Notes: generated from the letters alone by a model not told the origin. A stretch of 64,000 bases of DNA from Deltaproteobacteria bacterium (GCA_016219175.1 JACRCD010000044.1:54116-118115), one strand, 5' to 3'. Shown: positions 48,844 to 58,655, counted from the stretch's first letter. Made by a program: numbers and translations.

Positions 48844-50634
48844 TCACTTTTCGGCAGGCTCCGGCAGTGACCGGCATTCCAGAAAGATGCGGGCCCGGCA
48901 GACGGCGCATATCTGTTTGTCAAGACGGCCAAAGATATCGGCAATGGCCTCGGTTTTTGATTCGTAGATATTATCCGTGCCGATATCAAGCAGATAGCCG
49001 GTCAGTTTGAAGTGATTGCAGATACCCTCCTTGATGTCGTACAGGTAGAGTTGCCCTCCCCCTGCCTCCTTTTCCTTGGCCAGCCGGGTAAGGAACTCGG
49101 CCCCGGCCATGTCGATGAAATTAATGCCGCTGGCCACGATGAGAAGATGTTTTTGTCCTGGGTTTTCACCATGCATTTCCTGCAGTCGGTCCATGGCGTG
49201 GTTGACGGCGCCGAAATAGAGGGAACCGTCGATGCGCACGATTTTCAACTGCGGGCACTCGGGCAGGGCGCCATCCGTGGTAAAGGGGCGTTCCGGCAGA
49301 CGCGGGTCCGGGACCCTGGCCAGAATGCGCGGATGGGAGGTGCGATTTAAGTACACCACCAGAGAAAGGATGACACCCAGCAGGATGGCGAATTCCAGTT
49401 CCAGAAAGAGGGTGGCCAGAAAGGTGGTGGTCATGATCACGCTTTCCGCGAAGCTGGTTTTGAAAATTCTGGTGATGTGACGGAAATCAATGAGGCCCCA
49501 GGCCACCAGAAAAAGGATGCCCGACATGGCGGCGTTGGGAAGATAGATGGCCAGGGGAGCGACCAGGATGACAACAACGATCAGCAGGCCGCCGGCAAAG
49601 ATGGCGGCCAGGGGCGTCTTGGCCCCGGCCTGGTAATTCAAGCCGCTCCGGTTGAATGAACCGGTTGCCACATAGCCGGAGAAAAAGCAGCCGATGATAT
49701 TTGACAGCCCCTGGCCGATGAACTCCTGGTTGCCGTCCAGGTTCTGTCCTGTCCGATCCGCCAGGGAGCGGGCGATGGACACGGCCTCGGTCAGGGCAAA
49801 GAGTGTTGTCGCCAGGGTGGCCGGGGCCAGCAGCTGGATATTGTGCAGGGTGAAATGGGGGGCGGACAGGGGAGGAAGGGTGGCGGGCAGGGCGCCCACC
49901 GAGGCGATCTGCGTCACCTCTGGCCCCATGAGGCGGGACATGACCAGGGCGGAAGCGCTGCCCACCAGCATGGAAACGATCATGAAAGGGAATTTCGGCC
50001 AGAAACGCCGGACCAGCAACCCGGAAATCAAGGTGATCACGCCGACCGAGGTCACATAGGGGTTGATTTCCCGCCAGTGGCTTATGACATTATAGACCGT
50101 CACATGGAAATGGCTGGTGCGGGGCAGAATGAGTCCGAGAAAATGTTTGAACTGGCTGGAGGCAATGAGAATGGCGGCCCCGGCTGTGAAGCCTACCACC
50201 ACGGAATGAGAGATGAAATTGACCAGGGCGCCGAAACGGGCCAACCCCATGACCAGCTGGAGCAGACCCACCATCATGGTCATGGTCAGGGCCAGCTGCA
50301 CGTACTCCACGCTGCCCGGTTCCGCATGGATGCTGAGCGACGAAAAGAGGACGATGGAGGCCGCGGTGGTCGGGCCGGAAACCAGCAGCCAGGAGGAGCC
50401 GAAAAGCGCGGCCACGATGGCCGGCACCATGCCGGCGTAAAGACCGTATTCCGGCGGCATGCCGGCAATGGTGGCAAAGGCCACGCCCTGGGGCAGGGCG
50501 ACGATTGCGCCGGTGAGGCCGGCCAGCAGGTCGGCGCGCAGGGTTCGGGGCGTGACCTTGGGCCACCACTTCAAAAACGGCAGAAAAATGTTCTGCCAGC
50601 CTTGCTGCCGCGGCCGGTAATCTCTTATTTCCAT
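48844..50634 (-). CDS. SulP/SLC26 anion transporter with STAS domain
   Basis: DLLAGLT..LPQG, GLY, GPT, NQEFIGQG, GSFNRS, RIDGSLYFG; C-terminal CAVC..C. Confidence 0.95.
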   Translation of the reverse strand: MEIRDYRPRQQGWQNIFLPFLKWWPKVTPRTLRADLLAGLTGAIVALPQGVAFATIAGMPPEYGLYAGMVPAIVAALFGSSWLLVSGPTTAASIVLFSSLSIHAEPGSVEYVQLALTMTMMVGLLQLVMGLARFGALVNFISHSVVVGFTAGAAILIASSQFKHFLGLILPRTSHFHVTVYNVISHWREINPYVTSVGVITLISGLLVRRFWPKFPFMIVSMLVGSASALVMSRLMGPEVTQIASVGALPATLPPLSAPHFTLHNIQLLAPATLATTLFALTEAVSIARSLADRTGQNLDGNQEFIGQGLSNIIGCFFSGYVATGSFNRSGLNYQAGAKTPLAAIFAGGLLIVVVILVAPLAIYLPNAAMSGILFLVAWGLIDFRHITRIFKTSFAESVIMTTTFLATLFLELEFAILLGVILSLVVYLNRTSHPRILARVPDPRLPERPFTTDGALPECPQLKIVRIDGSLYFGAVNHAMDRLQEMHGENPGQKHLLIVASGINFIDMAGAEFLTRLAKEKEAGGGQLYLYDIKEGICNHFKLTGYLLDIGTDNIYESKTEAIADIFGRLDKQICAVCRARIFLECRSLPEPAEK

Positions 50635-50996
50635 TTGTATTGTCCTGTTTTTTCCATGGTATATGTTTCTGTTATATCACGCAAGGGGCGGAAAGAGGAA
50701 AACAAAACGCATTTATTCCGTGCAGTCGTGCCTCGACAATGGTATTGATGGGTTATAAAAGGCAGCAACCCTTTGGTTTTTGTGAGAAATTTGTAGCGCC
50801 GCTCAAATTCGCTTGAAAGTTGCCGAAGCATGGGGTAATCACCATATGGTGCTACTTTGTATCATCTGGGGTCGGCTGGGCGGGGTATAAAAAATGACGA
50901 AGCGGGATAAAGCGGTTGAGATCATGTTCTGAAATGACGATAGGAAAGAGCAAGCGCTGCCGTTGAAAAATGTGAAAAATATCATGAGGGTGACAA

Positions 50997-51320
50997 ATGA
51001 AGAGTACAGTATTTGGTGAAGCCGGAGAGCTGATGGCCGATGGCCGGCTTTCCAGGAGGATTTCCGCCGAGGAGTTTGATGGAAATTCTCTGTTATCCTT
51101 GACAATACACAACCTTGCCATGGACACCTCCGAGGCGTGGCTCCTTAATATCAGCGACACCGGCATGGCGGTCACCACCCCATGCGCCCTTGAGCTTGGG
51201 CAGATGGTGGGAATTGCCGCACGGTTCAAGAAGAGAATTCCCAATAAGGCAGTGGTGATGTGGTCGTTGCAGGAAAACGGGGAATATCGTTCCGGTTTGA
51301 AATTTGTCAGTGCCATGTGA
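50997..51320 (+). CDS. PilZ domain protein
   Basis: Arg-rich N-terminus, NISDTG, VMW..Y.SGLKF. Confidence 0.75.
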   Translation: MKSTVFGEAGELMADGRLSRRISAEEFDGNSLLSLTIHNLAMDTSEAWLLNISDTGMAVTTPCALELGQMVGIAARFKKRIPNKAVVMWSLQENGEYRSGLKFVSAM

Positions 51321-51346
51321 TTTTTTTTTTATATAAACCGCCAATC

Positions 51347-51390
51347 GCCCAGGTTTTCGCAAGGATTTTGTGAAACCCGGGCTTTTTTTT
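51347..51390 (+). terminator. rho-independent terminator
   Basis: GCCCAGGTTTTCGCAA..TTGTGAAACCCGGGC followed by T8. Confidence 0.7.
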
Positions 51391-51628
51391 GTTTTTTCCG
51401 GTGTTGACTTGCAGAGCCCGATTCATTAGGCTTTCTGGAAACCACTCAGGTCTTTTCGTTGAAAGTCCTGTTCCCTTTTTAGGAAACTCTCTTTCGTGCT
51501 TCGTTGTTCCTGCTCGCAGGGCTATGAGAGTTTGCCCATGGACTGAAGGCTAGAGGGCGGTCGGTCCTGATATAACCATATGACGCCGCGCTGCCGGCCC
51601 TTCAGCCGCCAGCCCCACCGGAGCAAAC

Positions 51629-54097
51629 ATGGGACAGAAGTCCGATCAAAACGTCTTTGTCAGGTTTGACAGACTGCGGGACAGTCTGAAACAAATTGTT
51701 TTCGATCAGGATCTGGCCGTGGATGAGGTGGTGGATGCCTTCCTGCACATGGCTTATAAACCGGTCGAATCCCCTCCCAAGGCGATTTTCACCTTCCTTG
51801 GCCCTCCTTCCGCGGGCAAGACCTACCTTGGCCGCACCCTGTCAGCCCAGCTCTCGGAATATTCGGCTTTCAAGCTGTTTGATATGGAGCAGTTCAGTGA
51901 TCCTGAAAGCGGGACTCAGCTGCTGGGACAGAGACTGACCGTTGACGGCGGCGTCCAGGATGGAGAGTTGCCCTGTTTTATCAGGGAGCACCCGAAAGCA
52001 ATCATTCTCTTTGATGCCATTGAGAAGGCGGACAATCAGCTGCAGCTAGCCCTGCTCAATCTGTTCACCCGCCGTGAGGAGGACAGCGGCGTCAACTGCG
52101 GCGAAGTAATCGTGATTTTTACCTCCAGCCTTGGCAGCGGTTTTTTTCAGGACAGAAAATACCGGCAGGACTTCAAGGAAAACAAGCTGCGGGCCCAGGC
52201 CCTGGTTATGGAGGCCATCTCCAAGGAAAAAAAAACCGTGTACGACAGCGTGCAGCCGGCTCTGGCTCCCGGTTTGCTTGCCGCCATGGCCAGGAATTTT
52301 ATCATCCTGTTCAAACCGTTAAGTCTTGAAACCATGGCCCGCATCGGCGGGCAGGCCTTGAATAGTCATGCCGAGCAGTTTGCCAAACTAAGCGGAATGA
52401 AAGTGGAATACCATGATTTCGCTCGCCTTGTCACCCTGCTGACCCTGTCCTTTTCTCCGGATATAAGCGCCACCAGGGTAAGGCAGAAACTGCCCGATCT
52501 CGTTCTCGGCAGAATCATTAATCTGGTCCGGGACCAGAGGAAATATCCCCGTCACATCGTCTGCGGACTCTCCCGGCAGGCCCAGACCTTTCTGGAGAAA
52601 ATTCTCCGGGATAAAGAGGCGCTGCTGCAGAGACTTTATAAAAAGAACGAAACCGTGGAGATTTCCTGGAAAGAGACGTGGTGCGGGGAGAAACTCACCT
52701 GCACCATCAACCGGGCGGAACTGAAAAGATTGCCGCCGGCCAGCGGTTTTTTCAGGGAGCCGTTGCCGAATATGGAGTTCTCCACTCTTGAGTTTAAAGA
52801 CATCGCAGGCAACAAGGCCACCAAAAAAAATCTAAAACAGATTGTCAGAATTCTTAAGGAACCGGAGCTGGTCAAGAAATTCGGCATCGACATGCCGAAG
52901 GGATTGCTGCTGTATGGGCCGGCCGGCGTGGGCAAGACGATGCTGGCCAAGGCCTTTGCCCGGGAGACGGAAAGACCCTACGTCTATGTCTCCAGGAGCA
53001 ATCTTTTTGATGCGGACTACATCCGCCATGCCTATGCCAAGGCCCGGGAGTTCGCTCCGAGCATAGTCTTTCTTGACGGCATTGATGTCAAGGGACTTAT
53101 CGAGGGCGTCTATGCCTCCATGCCCGATGATCAGCTGATCCTGGAGATTGACACCTTGTCCGCTGACCCTGCTGACTCCGTCTTCACCGTGGCCACTGCC
53201 CAGAACAGGGACGATGTCAGTGCCCGGGTCATCGCCCCGAACAGGATTGACACCTTTGTCGAGGTTCCCGAGCTTGACCGGGACGCCAGGCGTTTTTTCA
53301 TTGAAAAGATTCTGGAAAAACCCAATGACGGGAAAATCAACGTGGAGAGGGTGATCCGTTATATCTCCGGCATGAGCGGCTACGACCTGCAGCGCATCGG
53401 CAAGGAGGCCTCTCTTTACGCCATCCGCAATGATCTTGACTGTATTACCGAAGAGATCCTCATCGAGGAAATAAACATTATCAAGTACGGTTACAAGCTG
53501 GAGAAAAAGCACATCCGCAATCTTGAGCAGGATCTGAAGATTACCGCCTTTCATGAGGCCGGCCATGCCGTCCTGTCCCATCTCCTGCTGCCGGATATCA
53601 AAATCGAGCAGGTGACCATCGCCCCCAGGCTGAAATCCATGGGATTCATCTCGTACAGCATGGGTGAGTTCCCCGGCAATATCTCCAAGGAGGAGGTGTT
53701 CGACAATATCTGCGTACTTCTCGGCGGCCGGGCCTCCAGCATCAGAAAGTTCGGCGCCAGGGGGATTGACACCGGCGCGGTAAACGATCTGGAGGTTGCC
53801 ACCCATCAAGCCTATGCCGCTGTCGCCAGTCTCGGCATGGATGAGGAAATCGGCTATGTCCACACGGACACCCTGTCCCAGAATGTGAGCAGGCAGATGT
53901 TTCTGTCCAAGGTTGAGGCGAGGGTCAGTCATTGGATGAAGGAGGCGGCCGCCAAGGCTGAGGTGCTCGTTGAAAAACACTGGGCCAGGGTTGAACGGCT
54001 GGCGTCTGTCCTCATCCGGCAGGAAATTGTCGATGGCGCCGAGCTGGAGAAGATCATGAAGGAGGGAGTGACAAAGGTTCAGGGGGTAAGGAATTGA
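51629..54097 (+). CDS. soluble fusion of ClpB-D2-like AAA + FtsH-like AAA + M41 metallopeptidase
   Basis: GPPSAGKT/FDAIEKA; PKGLLLYGPAGVGKT/FLDGID; TAFHEAGHA, LGGRA, TGAVNDL; no TM or signal. Confidence 0.88.
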   Translation: MGQKSDQNVFVRFDRLRDSLKQIVFDQDLAVDEVVDAFLHMAYKPVESPPKAIFTFLGPPSAGKTYLGRTLSAQLSEYSAFKLFDMEQFSDPESGTQLLGQRLTVDGGVQDGELPCFIREHPKAIILFDAIEKADNQLQLALLNLFTRREEDSGVNCGEVIVIFTSSLGSGFFQDRKYRQDFKENKLRAQALVMEAISKEKKTVYDSVQPALAPGLLAAMARNFIILFKPLSLETMARIGGQALNSHAEQFAKLSGMKVEYHDFARLVTLLTLSFSPDISATRVRQKLPDLVLGRIINLVRDQRKYPRHIVCGLSRQAQTFLEKILRDKEALLQRLYKKNETVEISWKETWCGEKLTCTINRAELKRLPPASGFFREPLPNMEFSTLEFKDIAGNKATKKNLKQIVRILKEPELVKKFGIDMPKGLLLYGPAGVGKTMLAKAFARETERPYVYVSRSNLFDADYIRHAYAKAREFAPSIVFLDGIDVKGLIEGVYASMPDDQLILEIDTLSADPADSVFTVATAQNRDDVSARVIAPNRIDTFVEVPELDRDARRFFIEKILEKPNDGKINVERVIRYISGMSGYDLQRIGKEASLYAIRNDLDCITEEILIEEINIIKYGYKLEKKHIRNLEQDLKITAFHEAGHAVLSHLLLPDIKIEQVTIAPRLKSMGFISYSMGEFPGNISKEEVFDNICVLLGGRASSIRKFGARGIDTGAVNDLEVATHQAYAAVASLGMDEEIGYVHTDTLSQNVSRQMFLSKVEARVSHWMKEAAAKAEVLVEKHWARVERLASVLIRQEIVDGAELEKIMKEGVTKVQGVRN

Positions 54098-54279
54098 GCT
54101 GCGTTTATTTTCCTTTACCGTCAATGGAAGGGCGGATGAAATCCTTTGGTTTTCCACGCACCGCATCTAAAAAAAATACAGTGAAAGGCATGGAAAAAAT
54201 ATGCAGGGAATAAGCTGAAATGGTAAAGATGCAGGTGTGACAGTGGCGCTGATAAAAATCTAATGCTTGAGGAAAAAAC

Positions 54280-54672
54280 ATGAAATTGATGCGGAAAACC
54301 ATAGCCCTTGCCCTGATGACCCTCCTTGCCGCCTTCACGGCCGGTTGCGAACAGAAAAAGGAAGAAGCTCAAGTCGCTCCCGCGGTAAAGAGTGCCCCCG
54401 CCGCAACGGATAAGGCGCCCGCGATAGCGGTGCAGCCGTCCGCAGCCGAGGAAAAGGTTCCCGCGGCGGTGGAACAAGCGCCGGCGGGAGAGGATAAGCT
54501 TCCAGGGGCCGAGATCCTGACGCCGGAGGAAGAGGAAAAGCTTCCAGGGGAAGAGATCCTGGCGCCTGAGGAGGAAGAGGTAGAGATCCCCTCGCCTGAC
54601 GCCGAACCGGAGGGCGCGGCCGGAGAAAGAGGTCAGGCCCCTGCCTCAAGCGGGCCAGCCGGGCAGAGGTAA
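54280..54672 (+). CDS. Ala/Glu/Pro-rich low-complexity lipoprotein
   Basis: Lipobox TAGC; GAGG RBS; acidic, likely disordered tail. Confidence 0.78.
   Translation: MKLMRKTIALALMTLLAAFTAGCEQKKEEAQVAPAVKSAPAATDKAPAIAVQPSAAEEKVPAAVEQAPAGEDKLPGAEILTPEEEEKLPGEEILAPEEEEVEIPSPDAEPEGAAGERGQAPASSGPAGQR
54496..54579 (+). repeat. 42-bp tandem duplication (14 aa x2)
   Basis: KLPGAEILTPEEEE / KLPGEEILAPEEEE. Confidence 0.85.
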
Positions 54673-54683
54673 TTCAGAATGAC

Positions 54684-54722
54684 AAAGCCCGGGGGCGGTT
54701 AGGAAGCGCCCCTGGGCTTTTG
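54684..54722. terminator. bidirectional terminator between convergent genes
   Basis: AAAGCCCGGGGGCG-loop-CGCCCCTGGGCTTTT. Confidence 0.8.
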
Positions 54723-54734
54723 CTCATGCAGAAG

Positions 54735-55829
54735 CTATTCATCCCCATCTTCTTCTTCATCCGGGCAGCTTTCCTCATCAACCCGCCGGAGACCGTCCAT
54801 TACCAGCTTCATGAACTCGCCGATTTCCGCGGCCTTCATTTCCTCGGGTGATAGACCGGGGCTGAATTTGAAGCGGCCTCCTTTTTTTTCCGCGATGATG
54901 TGGTACAACGCCTCCTGATTCTTCTCTCCCGCGTAACTGGCATTGATGATGCAACCTTCCCGGAAAGAGATGCGGGCCTCACCTTTCAGGAATTCAATGG
55001 AGAGTACCCCTGTTTTGCTGTTCATGTGGAAGATCTGGAACAGGTCCACCTGGGGTATTTCATCCAGGGAGCCGCTCATGGCGGAGGCTATTTCCTGCAG
55101 ACGCGCGGCGTTGCTCCTGGTGAGCCGGTCGGAGAGGAGGCGGATAAAATAAACATAGAGCGAAGGATTGTCGCTCAGCAGTTTTTTCATCTCATCCCCG
55201 TTGATGGTCAGCGCCTCGGTGGTGTCAATGGCCCTGACCGTGGCGCAAACGGCCTGGGAGGTAAACTGGCTCATCTCACCCAGCACCTCGCCGCGGCCCA
55301 GCACGGCAATCCTCTCCTCGCCGTCCAGCACCGCCACCTTGCCCGACAGGATGATGACCACATAGCGGCCTTCCTCTCCCTTGCGGAATATGTCGGAGTT
55401 CGGGGTAAATTTTCGGTAGGTGAAACAGGGCAGGACCTTGGCCAGGTTTTCTTTATTCAGGGCCTGGAAGATACCGATATTTTCCATTCCGTCAGCCAGC
55501 CGGTGGGGAAGATGCGTTTGCGTGCCGAGGATCTGCGCCAGGGAAACAGCAGCTTCATCCTGCGAGGCCGCCTTGTTGAAATTCATTTTGAACTTGATAA
55601 GACCGGAACAGCCGGAGCAGCTGAAGAGCTTGTCGGAGCTCGATTCTGCCTTGTCCTGGGAGAGCAGGGAAAAGAGCAGTTCCGTCATTTCCCTGGCCAG
55701 GATAAGGCAGACAGGTTTATTGCCGGGGACCAGCAGGGCCTTATCCGTCAGCTCCAGATTTTCGTTGAGTTCATAGAGAGGACACTTCTTGTTCTCAACA
55801 ATTTGGAAGATTGCCTTAAAAGCGCTCAT
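54735..55829 (-). CDS. cNMP-binding + DUF4388 protein with Cys-rich N-terminal domain
   Basis: CPLY..VCL..CSGC; IF.KGE.G..GEVLGEMS; MSGSL...DLFQ...KTGVL...F.EG.I..A. Confidence 0.85.
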   Translation of the reverse strand: MSAFKAIFQIVENKKCPLYELNENLELTDKALLVPGNKPVCLILAREMTELLFSLLSQDKAESSSDKLFSCSGCSGLIKFKMNFNKAASQDEAAVSLAQILGTQTHLPHRLADGMENIGIFQALNKENLAKVLPCFTYRKFTPNSDIFRKGEEGRYVVIILSGKVAVLDGEERIAVLGRGEVLGEMSQFTSQAVCATVRAIDTTEALTINGDEMKKLLSDNPSLYVYFIRLLSDRLTRSNAARLQEIASAMSGSLDEIPQVDLFQIFHMNSKTGVLSIEFLKGEARISFREGCIINASYAGEKNQEALYHIIAEKKGGRFKFSPGLSPEEMKAAEIGEFMKLVMDGLRRVDEESCPDEEEDGDE

Positions 55830-56063
55830 TATAATATGTTTTCCATGAGGTGTTGTTTTTCGTAGCTCCCGTACAGTTAATTCTTGTTCTTAGCTGTATC
55901 TTTAGCTATTGTTTTGGTAGCTGTACAGGTGTTTAGACGGAAGGTTGCCGGCTGGAAAACCGGTGCTAAAAACATATATGAAGTGAGTTCCAGCCCTGCG
56001 GCCCATAGTCCGCGGCCCCACATCCGAGTCATTAACTTACCATTTTTCCGGGATTTTTCCTCT

Positions 56064-58112
56064 ATGTCCGTATCCAATAGCCATCTGGCGGAAGAATATG
56101 ATGAGATCAAGAACAGATTTTCAGCCTCTCCTTATATTCGGATTCTTGCCACCACTGGAACTCCTCCGGAAAGTTATGAAATTGAATACCGGGTCAAAGG
56201 CCTAAGCAAGGTTGCCGAAGGGCGGGCTGTTACCGTAGACACCCATCGGGTGCAAATTGTTCTGCCCTTCGGTTATCCTCATTTTCCGCCCAATTGTAAA
56301 CCGCTTACCGCAATTTTTCATCCTGATTTTGATCCTGACGCCATCTGCATCGGCGATTTCTGGAACAGTTCTCCTTCCCTGGCGGATCTCATCGTCCATA
56401 TCGGCAAGCTGATCAGTTATCAGGCCTGGAGCATGGAAGATGTCTTTAACCTTGAAGCGCTCAACTGGGCGAAAGCAAACACCGAACTTCTGCCGCTTGA
56501 CAGGGCTGACTTCACGGCGAGGGTGGAGCAACGGGATGAAGAACCTGCTTTGTCTGCTGGTGATGTGAATGAAAGCAAAGGGTCATCCCCTGTCCAGCCC
56601 GGTGAGGCGGAGATTGCCTCTCCGGCTGCCGCAATAGCGCCAACGCCCCCGGTTCACCGGGACAGAGGCCCGGGAAAAGCCCGGACATTAATGAAGTGCG
56701 CCGGCGCGGTGCTTTTGTTCGCTTGCGCCTTTGGAGCCCTGGTGATGTTTGATTTTTATCATTATGACAGGGCAAAGCGCACATGGAGCGAGGTGGCCTC
56801 CCTGGTTGGTCAAAACAACTATGTTGAGGCCGACACGCGGCTCAAGTCAGCCCAGGCCTTGCTGGATAAGGTGCTGTTGGTCAAAAAAAGCGAAAGGCTG
56901 GCCCTGCGGCAGGAGATTAGTAAGCTCCGCGATTCACAACCCTTTAAAGAAGGGGTGAGCGGCAGAAGTCTGGTGGATGGCCGTTATGTGACAGCCAAGG
57001 AACAGCAGGAAATCAAAGAGGTGTCCGAACTGCTGGCCGAAGGGGAAACGCTTGCCGCGGCGGAGAGATGGGCCGAGGCCGTTGAGGTGTACGGCAAGGC
57101 GGCGGCAAGAAGTGCAACGCTCGGTCCCCTTGCCCCCATGCCGGCTGAGCGGGTCGATGGCTTGCTGAAGGAAAGCCGCGTTCATGAGCAGATCTCGACC
57201 GGCAACGCCTACAGGTCTGAAAAAAAATGGGACAAGGCCTTGAACCATTTTGAAGAGGCTTTGGCATTGCTGGACGGGATGCAGGGTGAGCAGTGGCTGA
57301 CCACCAGAAGTGAGGTCGAGGTGCTCATCGGCGAGTCTGGTTTTTTGACGCATGTAGAGCAGGGCAACGGTTTTTTTTCAGGCAAACAATGGTCCCAGGC
57401 CGCAACCAGCTATGACAAGGCCTTGAAGATGATCAAGTTAAAGCGTGAGGAAGGGGACTTTGATGTGAAAAAAGTCGCGGGACAGCGCGATCTGGCCCGA
57501 TTTAATGCGTTCTATGAGACAGGGCTGGCGGATTTCACCGGCGGGCGCTGGGATGGGGCCATCGCTAACCTTGAGAAGAGTGAAGCGCTGCTGGCTACCG
57601 CCAGTGCAGCCGGAACCCTGCGTGATATTACCGCAAGCAGTATCAAACGAAAAATTCTCAAAGCGCAGGTGAACCGGGGAGAGGAGGCGGTGGCGGCCTA
57701 TCTTGAAGAGGAAAAATACGGCCAGGCCAGCGCGGCCCTGAAATCCCTGGTCGGTTTGATAGACAAAAGCCCTTTCGCATCCGAAAAGGAGTTTGCGCAG
57801 GTGAGAAATTCGGCTGCGGACAGAATGATCAAAAACCGGTTTCTTGATGAAATCCAGCAAAAGATAACCTATCTGCACGGCAGATATGAGGCTGTTTTCA
57901 AGGAATTTTTCCCCTCTGTCGCCCGCTCGAAACTTTCCGACCCGCAAATCACCTTTGTCAAACAGGAAGGAAATCTTCTCGTTTTTAAAATGCAATGCCA
58001 GGAAGAGGTCAGAAGTCAGAATTTTACCCTGGAGATGATCTACCAGTATGACACGAAATCCGGGGAATGGAGCGCCCGTCCCCAGGCAGAAGGCAACACG
58101 GACGACAGGTGA
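56064..58112 (+). CDS. E2/UBC-like domain + TM helix + TPR-repeat protein
   Basis: IVLPFGYPHFPP..T.IFHPDF..ICIGDFW..SL..L UBC signature (Cys95); TM about aa 213-229; repeated W..A...Y/F..AL TPR helices. Confidence 0.85.
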   Translation: MSVSNSHLAEEYDEIKNRFSASPYIRILATTGTPPESYEIEYRVKGLSKVAEGRAVTVDTHRVQIVLPFGYPHFPPNCKPLTAIFHPDFDPDAICIGDFWNSSPSLADLIVHIGKLISYQAWSMEDVFNLEALNWAKANTELLPLDRADFTARVEQRDEEPALSAGDVNESKGSSPVQPGEAEIASPAAAIAPTPPVHRDRGPGKARTLMKCAGAVLLFACAFGALVMFDFYHYDRAKRTWSEVASLVGQNNYVEADTRLKSAQALLDKVLLVKKSERLALRQEISKLRDSQPFKEGVSGRSLVDGRYVTAKEQQEIKEVSELLAEGETLAAAERWAEAVEVYGKAAARSATLGPLAPMPAERVDGLLKESRVHEQISTGNAYRSEKKWDKALNHFEEALALLDGMQGEQWLTTRSEVEVLIGESGFLTHVEQGNGFFSGKQWSQAATSYDKALKMIKLKREEGDFDVKKVAGQRDLARFNAFYETGLADFTGGRWDGAIANLEKSEALLATASAAGTLRDITASSIKRKILKAQVNRGEEAVAAYLEEEKYGQASAALKSLVGLIDKSPFASEKEFAQVRNSAADRMIKNRFLDEIQQKITYLHGRYEAVFKEFFPSVARSKLSDPQITFVKQEGNLLVFKMQCQEEVRSQNFTLEMIYQYDTKSGEWSARPQAEGNTDDR

Positions 58113-58273
58113 GCCTGACGGGTATTGTTCATTTTTTTCCTGGTTGCCATGCAACCATCTTCCGCTTCTCAACGTCTTTAACAACATGACAGGGTTTGTT
58201 AAGATTTTTTTCCGCTGAGGTGACCGGCATGGAATATGGCAGCAGAAACTGGAAGCTAAGTAGGGAATCAGCA

Positions 58274-58642
58274 ATGCGCGTTGCGGTTTTTTTGCTGATG
58301 TTGATGCCTGCGGTGTGTTCCGCTTTTGAGATTTCCATTGATGTGGCCCCCGGAATCATGAATATCCAGAGCCTGGGCCAGCAGGTTACCATTCACACAT
58401 CAGTGGATTTTGCCGAGGTGGATGTGGCAAGCGTTTTTTTAAACAGTGTGCCCGTTTCCAGCTGGAAGGAAGATGACAGGGGATATTTTGTCGCCAAATT
58501 TTTGATGGAGGACGTCAAGTCCCTGCCCTTGATTATCGATGACTATAACACCTTGAAGCTGGTCGGCATGACCCTGGATGATGAAGAATTCTGGGGGGAA
58601 CAGGAGATTCTGGTCATCAATGTGATTCCCTCCGGTCAGTAG
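58274..58642 (+). CDS. small secreted beta-rich protein of unknown function
   Basis: Signal peptide ending VCSA; IDVAP..NI.S.G..T, DDRGYFVAKF, F.GE.EI.VI. Confidence 0.7.
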   Translation: MRVAVFLLMLMPAVCSAFEISIDVAPGIMNIQSLGQQVTIHTSVDFAEVDVASVFLNSVPVSSWKEDDRGYFVAKFLMEDVKSLPLIIDDYNTLKLVGMTLDDEEFWGEQEILVINVIPSGQ

Positions 58643-58655
58643 GAGAACCGCTCCT

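Noticed and set aside
50810-50826. GG-N10-GC on the minus strand upstream of sulP
   Set aside because: It lacks the TGGCA and TTGC context (CGGCAACTTTCAAGC) and is likely a chance match
51400-51625. Structured leader or riboswitch before the AAA-M41 gene
   Set aside because: Only short stems (AAACTCTC..GAGAGTTT) and no family consensus that I recognise
58274-58642. Ubiquitin-like partner for the E2 protein
   Set aside because: It has a signal peptide, ends SGQ rather than GG, and does not show a beta-grasp pattern
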